64,000 bases of DNA from Escherichia phage 172-1, in sequence record NC_028903.1. One strand, written 5' to 3'. Under the pieces are notes generated by a model that worked only from the letters and a program-made list of their open reading frames with translations, searched no databases and was not told the origin of the DNA. Below are positions 1-7,510 of the stretch, piece by piece; positions within the stretch are counted from its first letter, which is position 1, and every line of letters starts with the position of its first letter. Position numbers and translations under genes: made by a program.

Positions 1-21
1 CCCGATTGGGCAGCCTTTTAT

Positions 22-273
22 TTATTTCTGTTTTAAACCAAGCAGACGGTTTTGTAAAAACTCATCTTCTGCGTTATAAAGGAATGCGAACATTAATTCC
101 TTAGCCATATCTCTTGAGCAATTAAGACACTTAGAGATTTGCGTTAGTTGCATGTTGCGATCAGTGTGTTCCATCAAGGCAATGCGAATGATCTCTCGCA
201 TACCTATTACATGGGTTGTTTTAACCGGCATAGGTCCAATTACCTTGCTTATTACGGATGGCTGACATTGCAT
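22..273 (-). CDS. hypothetical early protein
   Basis: 83 aa ORF at distal end of leftward early operon; no recognisable motif. Confidence 0.35.
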   Translation of the reverse strand: MQCQPSVISKVIGPMPVKTTHVIGMREIIRIALMEHTDRNMQLTQISKCLNCSRDMAKELMFAFLYNAEDEFLQNRLLGLKQK

Positions 274-718
274 GAACCCAGAAGCCTTCCAGTTTCAGAG
301 CACCGTTAGCTACTGCATCCATACGTTCAGGGCGGTTCATACGTTTGGTTGATACTTTCATACCTATCTCTCTTTGTTAGTGGAGGCATTATTGCCAGTT
401 GATATAAGGGATAGCCCTAGTCAGTAGACTAATCCTGACCGCGTACTCATTGCCGACCTTCTCTGCCTAAGAGTTCAGGTTCTAGAGCTATCTCTTATTC
501 CAACTGGTGAAGACTCCCTACCCCTAGGAAGTCTCCTGAATCCCAAACCAATACGTACCCCTACATATCAGAAAGTCTTTCGAAAATTGACAGGTTTTAG
601 TCTAGCACCGGATGTTCGAGCAAGCTCTCCCTAGCGGTGTGGCATATGCCTGATTAATAAGTTAATGAGGAACACCCTCACATAGCCCTCTGATAAACAC
701 AAGGGCTATAAGTCGGTG

Positions 719-937
719 TTACTTTTGAGATAAACACAGATCAGGACGTGGCATAACAGTTGTTGATAGACCAAAGACTTCAACATAACCACTGTTCAAG
801 TTAGCAGCTTTACACAGACCATCAGGAGTTTTATCTTCTAGCATCAGCCAGAAACGTCTATCGTAAGAGAAAACATCACCACCCTTAACGTCTTCTGCAT
901 TTGCATATTTAGGATAATCGACTACTTTAATTTCCAT
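719..937 (-). CDS. small early protein, GDVF-motif paralog family (member 1)
   Basis: 72 aa; shares KGGDVF-type N-terminal motif with four neighbouring ORFs. Confidence 0.5.
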   Translation of the reverse strand: MEIKVVDYPKYANAEDVKGGDVFSYDRRFWLMLEDKTPDGLCKAANLNSGYVEVFGLSTTVMPRPDLCLSQK

Positions 938-947
938 CTAATTGCCC

Positions 948-1166
948 TTATTGATAAATAGAAAGGTGGATGAGTTTATTCACATGAGCGAAGTTAGGTA
1001 GGATTTGCATCTCATTGTTGAAGATATTAAAACAACGAACCCCGCCCTCTACAGCATAAGCAGATTTCTGAAACAGACTACCTCCCCACACAAATACATC
1101 ATGTGTTTCAAGAGATCGTAACTGAACAGCCTCGTCAACAACCTTCTTTTCGATGTTCATGTTCAC
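948..1166 (-). CDS. small early protein, GDVF-motif paralog family (member 2, divergent)
   Basis: 72 aa; THDVFVWGG motif resembles the family core; tandem position. Confidence 0.4.
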   Translation of the reverse strand: MNMNIEKKVVDEAVQLRSLETHDVFVWGGSLFQKSAYAVEGGVRCFNIFNNEMQILPNFAHVNKLIHLSIYQ

Positions 1167-1414
1167 TTCCGATTAGTAACTACTGCATCATGGATAACTG
1201 AAACAGGTAAGTTTGAATCTAGCTTCATTACTTGATTGGTGCTTAAACTAAGCACTACACAACCATTCCGAAGATCAGTCTCTGACACATGTGGTGTATA
1301 TAACTGAACGATCATGTAATAATCAATACATGTTGCCTTAACTTGGAACACATCGCCAAGTTTCAAATCACCCACACGCAATTCTTTAGCTTTCATCTCA
1401 AGATCAATCTTCAT
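1163..1414 (-). CDS. small early protein, GDVF-motif paralog family (member 3)
   Basis: 83 aa; LRVGDLKLGDVFQV motif; 4 nt overlap with neighbours. Confidence 0.5.
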   Translation of the reverse strand: MKIDLEMKAKELRVGDLKLGDVFQVKATCIDYYMIVQLYTPHVSETDLRNGCVVLSLSTNQVMKLDSNLPVSVIHDAVVTNRK

Positions 1415-1640
1415 CTTTAGCCTCTATGTTGGTTATGTGGAGATCACTACGCACTTGGCAGACCTCATCCCGTTTAATAGGCATGAGCTTTCCAGTAATC
1501 ACATCAACACAGTTCACATAATTTTCTGCGTATAGAGTGTCAGTTCTGATATAAAGGAACCCTTTAGATTCAAACAGAACCCCCGGCTTCATGTTGTTTA
1601 AGCGAAGCATGGTACGATCAGATTTAATATTGACTTTCAC
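1404..1640 (-). CDS. small early protein, GDVF-motif paralog family (member 4)
   Basis: 78 aa; NNMKPGVLFESKG motif in same relative position. Confidence 0.45.
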   Translation of the reverse strand: MKVNIKSDRTMLRLNNMKPGVLFESKGFLYIRTDTLYAENYVNCVDVITGKLMPIKRDEVCQVRSDLHITNIEAKDED

Positions 1641-1642
1641 TG

Positions 1643-1864
1643 TTAATCCACCTTATTGGTAAGTCGAGCGTTAACTTTCTTAACAACTTCATGAGTGAAA
1701 CCACCATAAATCTCACCAGTTGAAAGGTTAATATATTTTCTCTGATCTCCTGATTTGCTATAAGCACTTGAGGACATATAATAATCACTCGGGTTCAGAG
1801 GGAACTGGAACACATCACCTGATTCTAAATCCCCAAGAGTTAAAACCTTTGGGGCGTTGTTCAT
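1643..1864 (-). CDS. small early protein, GDVF-motif paralog family (member 5)
   Basis: Start moved to internal ATG (MNNAPKV...) just after stop of upstream gene; LTLGDLESGDVFQF motif. Confidence 0.5.
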   Translation of the reverse strand: MNNAPKVLTLGDLESGDVFQFPLNPSDYYMSSSAYSKSGDQRKYINLSTGEIYGGFTHEVVKKVNARLTNKVD

Positions 1865-1865
1865 A

Positions 1866-2162
1866 TCAATTATCACTGTTAATCTCCTGCTGCTTAGCAA
1901 TAGCCACTCGCAAGTCTTCATTAGCACGAGCAAGGCGCAACACTTCATGATTGAGATTCTGAAGACGCTTGTTTCTGTCTTCAACTTGCATAATAAGATC
2001 GTTAAGAGTTGCTTTAACTTTCTCATTATACATCTCATCCACTCGAACTAGGGACTTATACATTCTCTCCCAGCTTGCTGCTTTGTTTCTAAGGATAATA
2101 AATCCTAGAACGCTGATAGTTAAACAGAGTACAAAAAGGAATTTATATACTTCTAAAGTCAT
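1866..2162 (-). CDS. membrane-anchored coiled-coil protein
   Basis: 98 aa; N-terminal hydrophobic helix then heptad-like charged region. Confidence 0.45.
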   Translation of the reverse strand: MTLEVYKFLFVLCLTISVLGFIILRNKAASWERMYKSLVRVDEMYNEKVKATLNDLIMQVEDRNKRLQNLNHEVLRLARANEDLRVAIAKQQEINSDN

Positions 2163-2361
2163 ATTATTTACCCTTTATCAGAGATTAAAAGTAATATTAT
2201 TTAAGTAAGTTATATTTAGTAAACTTATTTTCTAAGAAATTTTCAAAGGGTCTATATACAGAGCATTACCCATAGTCCCAGAATACTACCATCTTTTTCA
2301 ATAAATTTACTAAGTGGTTGGTTTATAAAGGAATTTAGTTTGTCAAATCTGGCACTAGTGA

Positions 2362-2751
2362 TTATTCCCTAGAGCTATTATCGAACACTAAATCGCCACA
2401 ATACATAGGATTGGCATACCATTTTGGCACCCCTTCGCTCTTACTCTGAAAGTAAGTCCCACTATACAGCGGAACATAATTCTTCTTAAGGGCACGTTTA
2501 GCAAGTCGCTCGCTTTCTCCAATGGCTTGCTTAGTCATCGGATTTTTATCACGAATCAGCTTTACATAACGTTTATAAGGTTTCTCCTGTTTTAATAGTA
2601 CCGGAATCCACTCAAACTGGTTCTTTTGTCTTATCACCTGTTCAGCGGTCAGTTTTCGTTGGGCCATTCTATTTATCACGGTATCCGCAACTAAAGCCTT
2701 ACATGCGGTTGGCTGGTTCCCTGCCTCATAATAAATAGTCAATGTCAACAT
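2362..2751 (-). CDS. SleB/CwlJ-like cell wall hydrolase
   Basis: 129 aa; IYYEAGNQP...VADTVINR and NQFE motifs typical of SleB hydrolase domain. Confidence 0.55.
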   Translation of the reverse strand: MLTLTIYYEAGNQPTACKALVADTVINRMAQRKLTAEQVIRQKNQFEWIPVLLKQEKPYKRYVKLIRDKNPMTKQAIGESERLAKRALKKNYVPLYSGTYFQSKSEGVPKWYANPMYCGDLVFDNSSRE

Positions 2752-2864
2752 TAGCTGGGCCGTTGTTATCAGAACTTGCTACCTCCTGTTTTGTTGTTTC
2801 AATAAACACCCTCGAAAAGATGCTTATAGAAACACCCATCCCTTTCGGAATAGGTGCTATCTTT

Positions 2865-3182
2865 CTATTTATAACTTACACCATCACCTTTTACAGCTAT
2901 TGTAAGTGGCGATCTGGTGTTTAATGGGGTGAAGTTCATGTCCAGCTCATATCCCACTTTGAGAATCAATTTCAACAATGTGTCGATGGAGAACTTTGAA
3001 AGCTGTCCATTCATGAGGCTACTAATCCTCGGCTGGCTAACACCTAGCTTCTCTGCGGCAACACACTGCGACCAACCTTGATCACGAATTAACTTCGTAA
3101 GAATAATGATCAGCTTGGACTTCAATGAAAGCATGTTGGCCTCTACAGGGTCTGTACTTATCAGCTCGAACGGGTTTTTCAT
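2865..3182 (-). CDS. XRE-family HTH protein resembling HigA-type antitoxin
   Basis: 105 aa; HTH core AAEKLGVSQPRISSLMNGQ followed by FSIDTLLKLI; ATG at 3180-3182. Confidence 0.6.
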   Translation of the reverse strand: MKNPFELISTDPVEANMLSLKSKLIIILTKLIRDQGWSQCVAAEKLGVSQPRISSLMNGQLSKFSIDTLLKLILKVGYELDMNFTPLNTRSPLTIAVKGDGVSYK

Positions 3183-3206
3183 ATAAAATTCCTATACAAT
3201 AGGCAT

Positions 3207-3232
3207 AAAAAAGCCCCAGCCGTAGCCGGGGC
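3207..3232 (-). terminator. rho-independent terminator-like hairpin
   Basis: GCCCC-a-GC / GC-c-GGGGC stem preceded on plus strand by A6, giving a T6 tail on the minus transcript. Confidence 0.45.
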
Positions 3233-3381
3233 GGTTATTAACGTGATACTGCTTCCATGAATCCTATCATAAGTATCAATAAGGTGATAATAACACCAAA
3301 AAGCATACCACATAGGAAGAAAAATCCACCTTCCCCTAAATATGAAATAGCTGATTCCACGGATAACTCCTACAGCAACGC

Positions 3382-3403
3382 AAAAAGCCGCTCAAAGGCG
3401 GCT
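3382..3403 (-). terminator. rho-independent terminator
   Basis: AGCCGC / GCGGCT stem with 6 nt loop, U-run on minus transcript; follows gene 3484..3927. Confidence 0.5.
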
Positions 3404-3483
3404 ATGTGGAAGCTTCAAATGGGGAGAGGGCACGACGCGACAGAAAGAGCGTCATAGTACTAAAAGAGGGGACTGTATTCCTA

Positions 3484-3927
3484 CTACTTAACCCTTGCCT
3501 CTTTGATGGGGTCAATGTATTTCTCAACGCCCCACTTGTGTTTACTGTCTGCGTAGAAAACATCAGGCGCACACTGGCTACTTTTAGGGAATGCTTGAGG
3601 GTCTTTCGTGCTACCTTTAAACTTCTGCTTACCACGGGTGCGACCATTACAGAAGATTTCTAACTTCTTCTCCTCTTCTGTTTTAGCTCCCCCGCTCTTT
3701 AATAAAGAACGTTTATGATCGGCTAACAATAACGCATCAGCACGATGAACGCGATGGCCTACACGCTTTGCCACACTAGAAGGAATATGAGATTCAGCCT
3801 CAGCCTTTGCAGCACGACGTTTTAAACTGCGCTTACTGACGTGATTGGTTGCCTTTGGCTTCTCTTTCTCCAGTTCAGAGATAGAAAAACAACGCCCGCC
3901 TTTCATGCTGATTTTTGATTTAGCCAT
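3484..3927 (-). CDS. basic hypothetical protein
   Basis: 147 aa, K/R-rich; no recognisable domain. Confidence 0.45.
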   Translation of the reverse strand: MAKSKISMKGGRCFSISELEKEKPKATNHVSKRSLKRRAAKAEAESHIPSSVAKRVGHRVHRADALLLADHKRSLLKSGGAKTEEEKKLEIFCNGRTRGKQKFKGSTKDPQAFPKSSQCAPDVFYADSKHKWGVEKYIDPIKEARVK

Positions 3928-3996
3928 TGTCTTATTCCTTTTAGTGATAAGTTATATCGGGCAAGCCCATCAAGGTGACAGGCTTGAACAAATAAC

Positions 3997-4206
3997 TCAA
4001 TCAAGTAAACCGAATGACTTCCAACTGCGTAGAAGGATTGTACCATCATCCATAGTCACGCATAACTTTAGTAGTTTCTTATTGGCACTGCTTACCGTTG
4101 TAATTCGTCCGGTTGTGCATTTACCTTTATTGCTGTAAAGATATATAACACGACGGCCTAACAAACGAGATGGCGCTTTCTTAAACTCTGAAATATTAGT
4201 GATCAT
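3997..4206 (-). CDS. hypothetical protein
   Basis: 69 aa ORF in tightly packed operon. Confidence 0.4.
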   Translation of the reverse strand: MITNISEFKKAPSRLLGRRVIYLYSNKGKCTTGRITTVSSANKKLLKLCVTMDDGTILLRSWKSFGLLD

Positions 4207-4427
4207 AATGCTTGATACCTTTGAATATGTTCAATACGGGTAGATTGAGCAAATGACGCTTTAACCGCCATCTTTCTAACTTCTTCCTTACGTTGGTTAG
4301 TGTGCACAGTATCCCAATGATTGTTATCACGTTGGCGCTGTAATATCTTACTACATTTGCGATGGTTCCCCGTGCTGCGATGTTTCTCACAAATAGGACA
4401 CTTGCCAAAATTATTACTGAATATCAT
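4203..4427 (-). CDS. hypothetical protein with Cys/His cluster
   Basis: 74 aa; CPICEKHRSTGNHRKC suggests a small zinc-binding motif. Confidence 0.4.
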   Translation of the reverse strand: MIFSNNFGKCPICEKHRSTGNHRKCSKILQRQRDNNHWDTVHTNQRKEEVRKMAVKASFAQSTRIEHIQRYQAL

Positions 4428-4642
4428 TTTCTTAATCCCATCTTTCTTAAGATACGGCCTAACGTTGTTTCTTGCGTGATAATATAGCTGATCGCCTCAC
4501 GTTCCAACGTTTCAATTTTCATTGGCGACGGATACCATTCACCAGTAAGCACGCATTTACATTCAACGCCATACTTTTTAGATAGTCGGTAATGTTGACC
4601 GTTGACAAGATTCCGATAAATCGTGGTATGCGTAATTAACAT
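4424..4642 (-). CDS. hypothetical protein
   Basis: Track start is GTG; nearest ATG at 4640-4642 (MLITHTT...). Confidence 0.4.
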   Translation of the reverse strand: MLITHTTIYRNLVNGQHYRLSKKYGVECKCVLTGEWYPSPMKIETLEREAISYIITQETTLGRILRKMGLRK

Positions 4643-4672
4643 GATCGTCACCTTTGATTATATTCTTTGATT

Positions 4673-4695
4673 AATGCACTGAATCAATGCACTGA
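4673..4695 (-). repeat. tandem decamer AATGCACTGA x2 (3 nt spacer) upstream of gene 4424..4642
   Basis: Exact direct repeat read in sequence; candidate operator. Confidence 0.6.
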
Positions 4696-4729
4696 TAAAA
4701 GAAAAGGCGCTACCCGTTAAGATAGCGCC
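4696..4729 (-). terminator. rho-independent terminator
   Basis: GGCGCTA / TAGCGCC stem, 10 nt loop, UUUUCUUUU tail on minus transcript; follows 4754..5653. Confidence 0.55.
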
Positions 4730-4753
4730 TCATGTTTATTATAATCGTATTAC

Positions 4754-5653
4754 TTATACTGCCTGACGTGCCGCCATAATCTCAGCTGCCTTGCGCAATA
4801 CTTCTTCCTCTTCTTCTTTCGCAGCTTGTTCGGTACGGGTAGCAACCGTTGAAGAGATACGACCGCGCAGACTTTCTAACTTCTCCTGAATAGCCGCAAT
4901 AGTCTTTTCCATTTCATCAGCGTATGAATCGAGCGATTCCAGCTCCTTGCTTGATGCGTTCATCAGATAATCGTCTGAGATCGCTACCGTTGAGGCCGTG
5001 ACTTTCTTGATGAGTGAATCAAAGGACTTTTTAACCTTGCCCACGTCTTCACTCAAGGCAATAGTGTTATCACTGGTAGCGCCATTGCGCTCATCAGCCA
5101 GCAATTTGGCTTCAATACGGATTGCATTCAAGCGTTCAACTAAAGAGTAAATATCCTGATTAAAATCTTCCTTATTTTTCGCCGGGATTTGAAGGTGGGC
5201 CGCCACGTTGTCATTGCAACCTTTGAAGAAGTTAGGATTATCGACTTCAATTTCACGGCCTAAAGCAAAGTTTTCGAAAGCATTTGACCAGCGAGCGCGG
5301 TTTTGTTCCATTTTGGCCTTAATTTGCGCTTCTTTCGCATCTTCTTTCGCTTTCGCTTCACCTTCCAGATTAATCCACTTTTTACGCCCATTTGCCGCAT
5401 CGGTGTTGAACTTGATAGGAGTTAAGAAAGTAATTGCAGTGGCGATCACGTCCATATCGCGGAAACGTTCGGTTAACAGAAAATCAACTGCCGACTGCAA
5501 TACGTCCAGCTTTTTACCGTTACTGCGGAAGTGCTGCAAGTGCCCTAACAGAAAATTAGAAACATCCTGTTTAATCGCCGCGTTATTGCTGCGGATATTG
5601 TTAGCCAGTGCGTTAAAGCCAGATTCTTTTACCAGATTGAAAATTTTAGCCAT
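4754..5653 (-). CDS. first early protein after leader (function unknown)
   Basis: 300 aa; ATG at 5651-5653 with GGTGA RBS; helical, charged C-terminus. Confidence 0.55.
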   Translation of the reverse strand: MAKIFNLVKESGFNALANNIRSNNAAIKQDVSNFLLGHLQHFRSNGKKLDVLQSAVDFLLTERFRDMDVIATAITFLTPIKFNTDAANGRKKWINLEGEAKAKEDAKEAQIKAKMEQNRARWSNAFENFALGREIEVDNPNFFKGCNDNVAAHLQIPAKNKEDFNQDIYSLVERLNAIRIEAKLLADERNGATSDNTIALSEDVGKVKKSFDSLIKKVTASTVAISDDYLMNASSKELESLDSYADEMEKTIAAIQEKLESLRGRISSTVATRTEQAAKEEEEEVLRKAAEIMAARQAV

Positions 5654-5754
5654 GATATTCACCTTTCAATTGTAAGGGCACTATGCCCCGCTCTCTATGA
5701 GCTTTTTAAGTCGCCATTGACTTATCAATAAACACTCATCATTAAGTAATTATT

Positions 5755-5802
5755 GATAAGCGGGGCGGTCTTATCAGGAGTTAACCTTGCCGCCCCCTTA
5801 TC
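5755..5802 (-). other. long stable hairpin in early leader (candidate RNase III or regulatory site)
   Basis: GATAAG-c-GGGGCGG pairs with CCGCCCC-CTTATC, 13 bp stem with one bulge, 21 nt loop, ~100 nt upstream of first early ORF. Confidence 0.4.
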
Positions 5803-6473
5803 CGTGATGTTTCATCTGGTATCTTTAATTAGTCGCTATAAACGAAGCCGACCTGATAGCGATGATCAATCATCACAATAAGGCAGTGCGTCCGACTCTA
5901 TTTAATTACATTGCTGTAACCGTCGGCAATATCGTTTATTATACTTTCGCTCTCGCTTATCCTTTATATCAGCTCTCAATCGCTAGTCATCGCCCACTAC
6001 GGGATACTGTTGCGAAAAAGTCACTAACCGCCTAACATTCCGGCGTTTTATATCTTTCGGCGAGTTTACTACATAAACCGACTATGTACTTTCATCATAA
6101 GACGAATCTCAAGCCGTTCGCATCGTAAACGTTCACACTAAACCTTATTGTTAAATAGCAATTTGCTACCCTTTAACCACCCCCCGCCGCTCTCAATTGA
6201 GCGTTAATTCGTCGGGCTTGTCTGCCCTGATTAGCTTTTTCACTGTAGCACCGTGTTAGCGATGGCCGCCGCTACCCTTAACCGTGGGCGATTAGCTTAA
6301 ACCGTTGCGTGTACTCAATGAGTCCGCTTATCAGTGGTGACGTTTCCAGTTAAGGGATTGTAAAACTGTTTACCCTGATGTTTTAGGGAGTTTTACGCCG
6401 TTTTATCTGGTATGCTTTCCGATGGTTATTATCTTCCAGCATATTTAACCGATATATGGGGACGTTTAAATTA

Positions 6474-6484
6474 TTAAAGAGCGG
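6474..6484 (-). promoter_or_regulatory. boxA-like element (CCGCTCTTTAATAAT on minus transcript)
   Basis: Matches rrn/lambda boxA core GCTCTTTAA. Confidence 0.45.
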
Positions 6485-6572
6485 TAAATCTGTCAGTGTG
6501 CTTTCTCACACTACGCAACTGTTAGCCGTTGTTACGCTTTTCACTGAAGCGGTGTTTTGCTTGAGTGTGCTC

Positions 6573-6601
6573 ATTATGGACCATGATGTTTTCGCTGTCA
6601 A
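6573..6601 (-). promoter_or_regulatory. sigma70-type early promoter P3 (TTGACA-N17-CATAAT)
   Basis: -35 at 6596-6601, -10 at 6573-6578 read on minus strand. Confidence 0.6.
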
Positions 6602-6706
6602 TCGCTTTTTTAATCTTTTTCGTCGTTCCCTTTATTGGGAGGATATATCAATCAGCTTTATTTGATTGAAGATTAAGCGATAAGGCTTAACTCATGATTC
6701 ATATTG

Positions 6707-6717
6707 TTAAAGAGCGG
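6707..6717 (-). promoter_or_regulatory. boxA-like element (CCGCTCTTTAACAAT)
   Basis: Near-identical to E. coli rrn boxA GCTCTTTAACAA. Confidence 0.5.
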
Positions 6718-6834
6718 TTACTACATTCACAGCTTAACACGTCGTGTTAGCTTGTCAAACTCTTTTTATCATCTTCTTTTATTCTTTTCCCTTATCTCGC
6801 GTGAATCTATGCGAAAGGGCAAGATGATAAATTT

Positions 6835-6845
6835 TTAAAGAGCGG
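6835..6845 (-). promoter_or_regulatory. boxA-like element (CCGCTCTTTAAAAAT)
   Basis: ~25-40 nt downstream of P2 start site. Confidence 0.45.
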
Positions 6846-6876
6846 GGATGTTTCACGTCATCGCTGACTTGTGCTC

Positions 6877-6904
6877 ATTATAGGTTAGGCTTTCCAGTTG
6901 TCAA
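6877..6904 (-). promoter_or_regulatory. sigma70-type early promoter P2 (TTGACA-N16-TATAAT)
   Basis: Perfect consensus hexamers; -35 at 6899-6904, -10 at 6877-6882 on minus strand. Confidence 0.7.
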
Positions 6905-6943
6905 ATACTTTTTCAAGTATTTTTTCACTTTCTAGCCTGATTT

Positions 6944-6953
6944 TTAAAGAGCG
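6944..6953 (-). promoter_or_regulatory. boxA-like element (CGCTCTTTAAAAA)
   Basis: Inside repeat copy A. Confidence 0.4.
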
Positions 6954-7092
6954 TTTAAAGCTGTATGGCTCCCATAACACCATTTGATAATCAGATAACC
7001 TGCGATTATTCCGGGGAATGGTATCCGCCTGCCTGCGTCTGACTTGCTTCACTCACTAGGGAGTTACTTGAGCGGTCATCTTGTCTTTCTAA

Positions 7093-7173
7093 GCTCATTA
7101 TAGTTCAGGCTTTCCGGCTGTCAAATACTTTTTCAAGTATTTTTTCACTTTCTAGCCTGATTTTTAAAGAGCG
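7093..7173 (-). repeat. ~81 bp direct repeat copy B (promoter P1 plus AT hairpin plus boxA)
   Basis: Near-identical to 6873..6953. Confidence 0.8.
7097..7124 (-). promoter_or_regulatory. sigma70-type early promoter P1 (TTGACA-N16-TATAAT)
   Basis: Perfect consensus hexamers; -35 at 7119-7124, -10 at 7097-7102 on minus strand. Confidence 0.7.
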
Positions 7174-7174
7174 G
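7164..7174 (-). promoter_or_regulatory. boxA-like element (CCCCGCTCTTTAAAAA)
   Basis: Inside repeat copy B. Confidence 0.4.
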
Positions 7175-7293
7175 GGCAAGTTTCCTTGCCTTGTATGTTT
7201 TACATCGTACCCGATACAAATCAGTATACGCCAGCTTTCACGAAGTGCAATAGGGTAAGGCAAATTATTTTAAACTTTTTCACTATAGGAAGA

Positions 7294-7305
7294 TAAAAGA
7301 GCGGG
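7294..7305 (-). promoter_or_regulatory. boxA-like element variant (CCCGCTCTTTTA)
   Basis: Sixth copy of the AGAGCGG core in the same orientation. Confidence 0.35.
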
Positions 7306-7411
7306 CGCACGTGATACATCAAAGGAAACGGCTTGCATTGCAACAATAGGCGGCCTAAAACGCACTATAGCGAGCTAAAAGGGAGTAAGGTATACAATCA
7401 CCTTATAAAAG

Positions 7412-7436
7412 AAAAAAGCCTCATGGCGAGGCTTTT
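7412..7436 (-). terminator. rho-independent terminator (weaker on plus strand)
   Basis: GCCTC / GAGGC stem, A6 upstream and T4 downstream on plus; ends the 8855..7511 operon. Confidence 0.6.
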
Positions 7437-7510
7437 AGGGAGGTTTTAAAGCATCAGATAGATTATGACCATAGGCATGACCACGGCACAATAAAGGAGA
7501 AAGATCAAGC

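Larger units (their letters stand above)
6873..6953 (-). repeat. ~81 bp direct repeat copy A (promoter P2 plus AT hairpin plus boxA)
   Basis: Near-identical to 7093..7173; 220 bp period. Confidence 0.8.

Noticed and set aside
1768-2208. Plus-strand ORFs 1768..1950, 1857..2051 and 1969..2208 inside the leftward early operon
   Set aside because: They overlap minus-strand genes that have consistent start/stop packing; no RBS or promoter context; treated as antisense shadow ORFs.
5208-6665. Plus-strand ORFs 5208..5675 and 6456..6665
   Set aside because: 5208..5675 is antisense to the 300 aa early gene; 6456..6665 lies across promoter P3 and a boxA element in a region transcribed leftward. Low-complexity translations; judged non-coding.
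7276-7294. T7-promoter-like sequence TTTCACTATAGGAAGA (13 of 14 match to the T7 class III core)
   Set aside because: Single occurrence; no single-subunit RNA polymerase gene in the window; the phage appears to use host RNAP plus its own sigma factor. Most likely chance or part of the boxA-containing leader.
5663-7510. Possible CRISPR-like array suggested by the recurring TTAAAGAGCGG motif
   Set aside because: Repeat is only ~11 bp, spacing is irregular (113-230 bp), copies are embedded in promoters and a 220 bp duplication, and no cas genes are present. Better explained as promoter and boxA regulatory elements.
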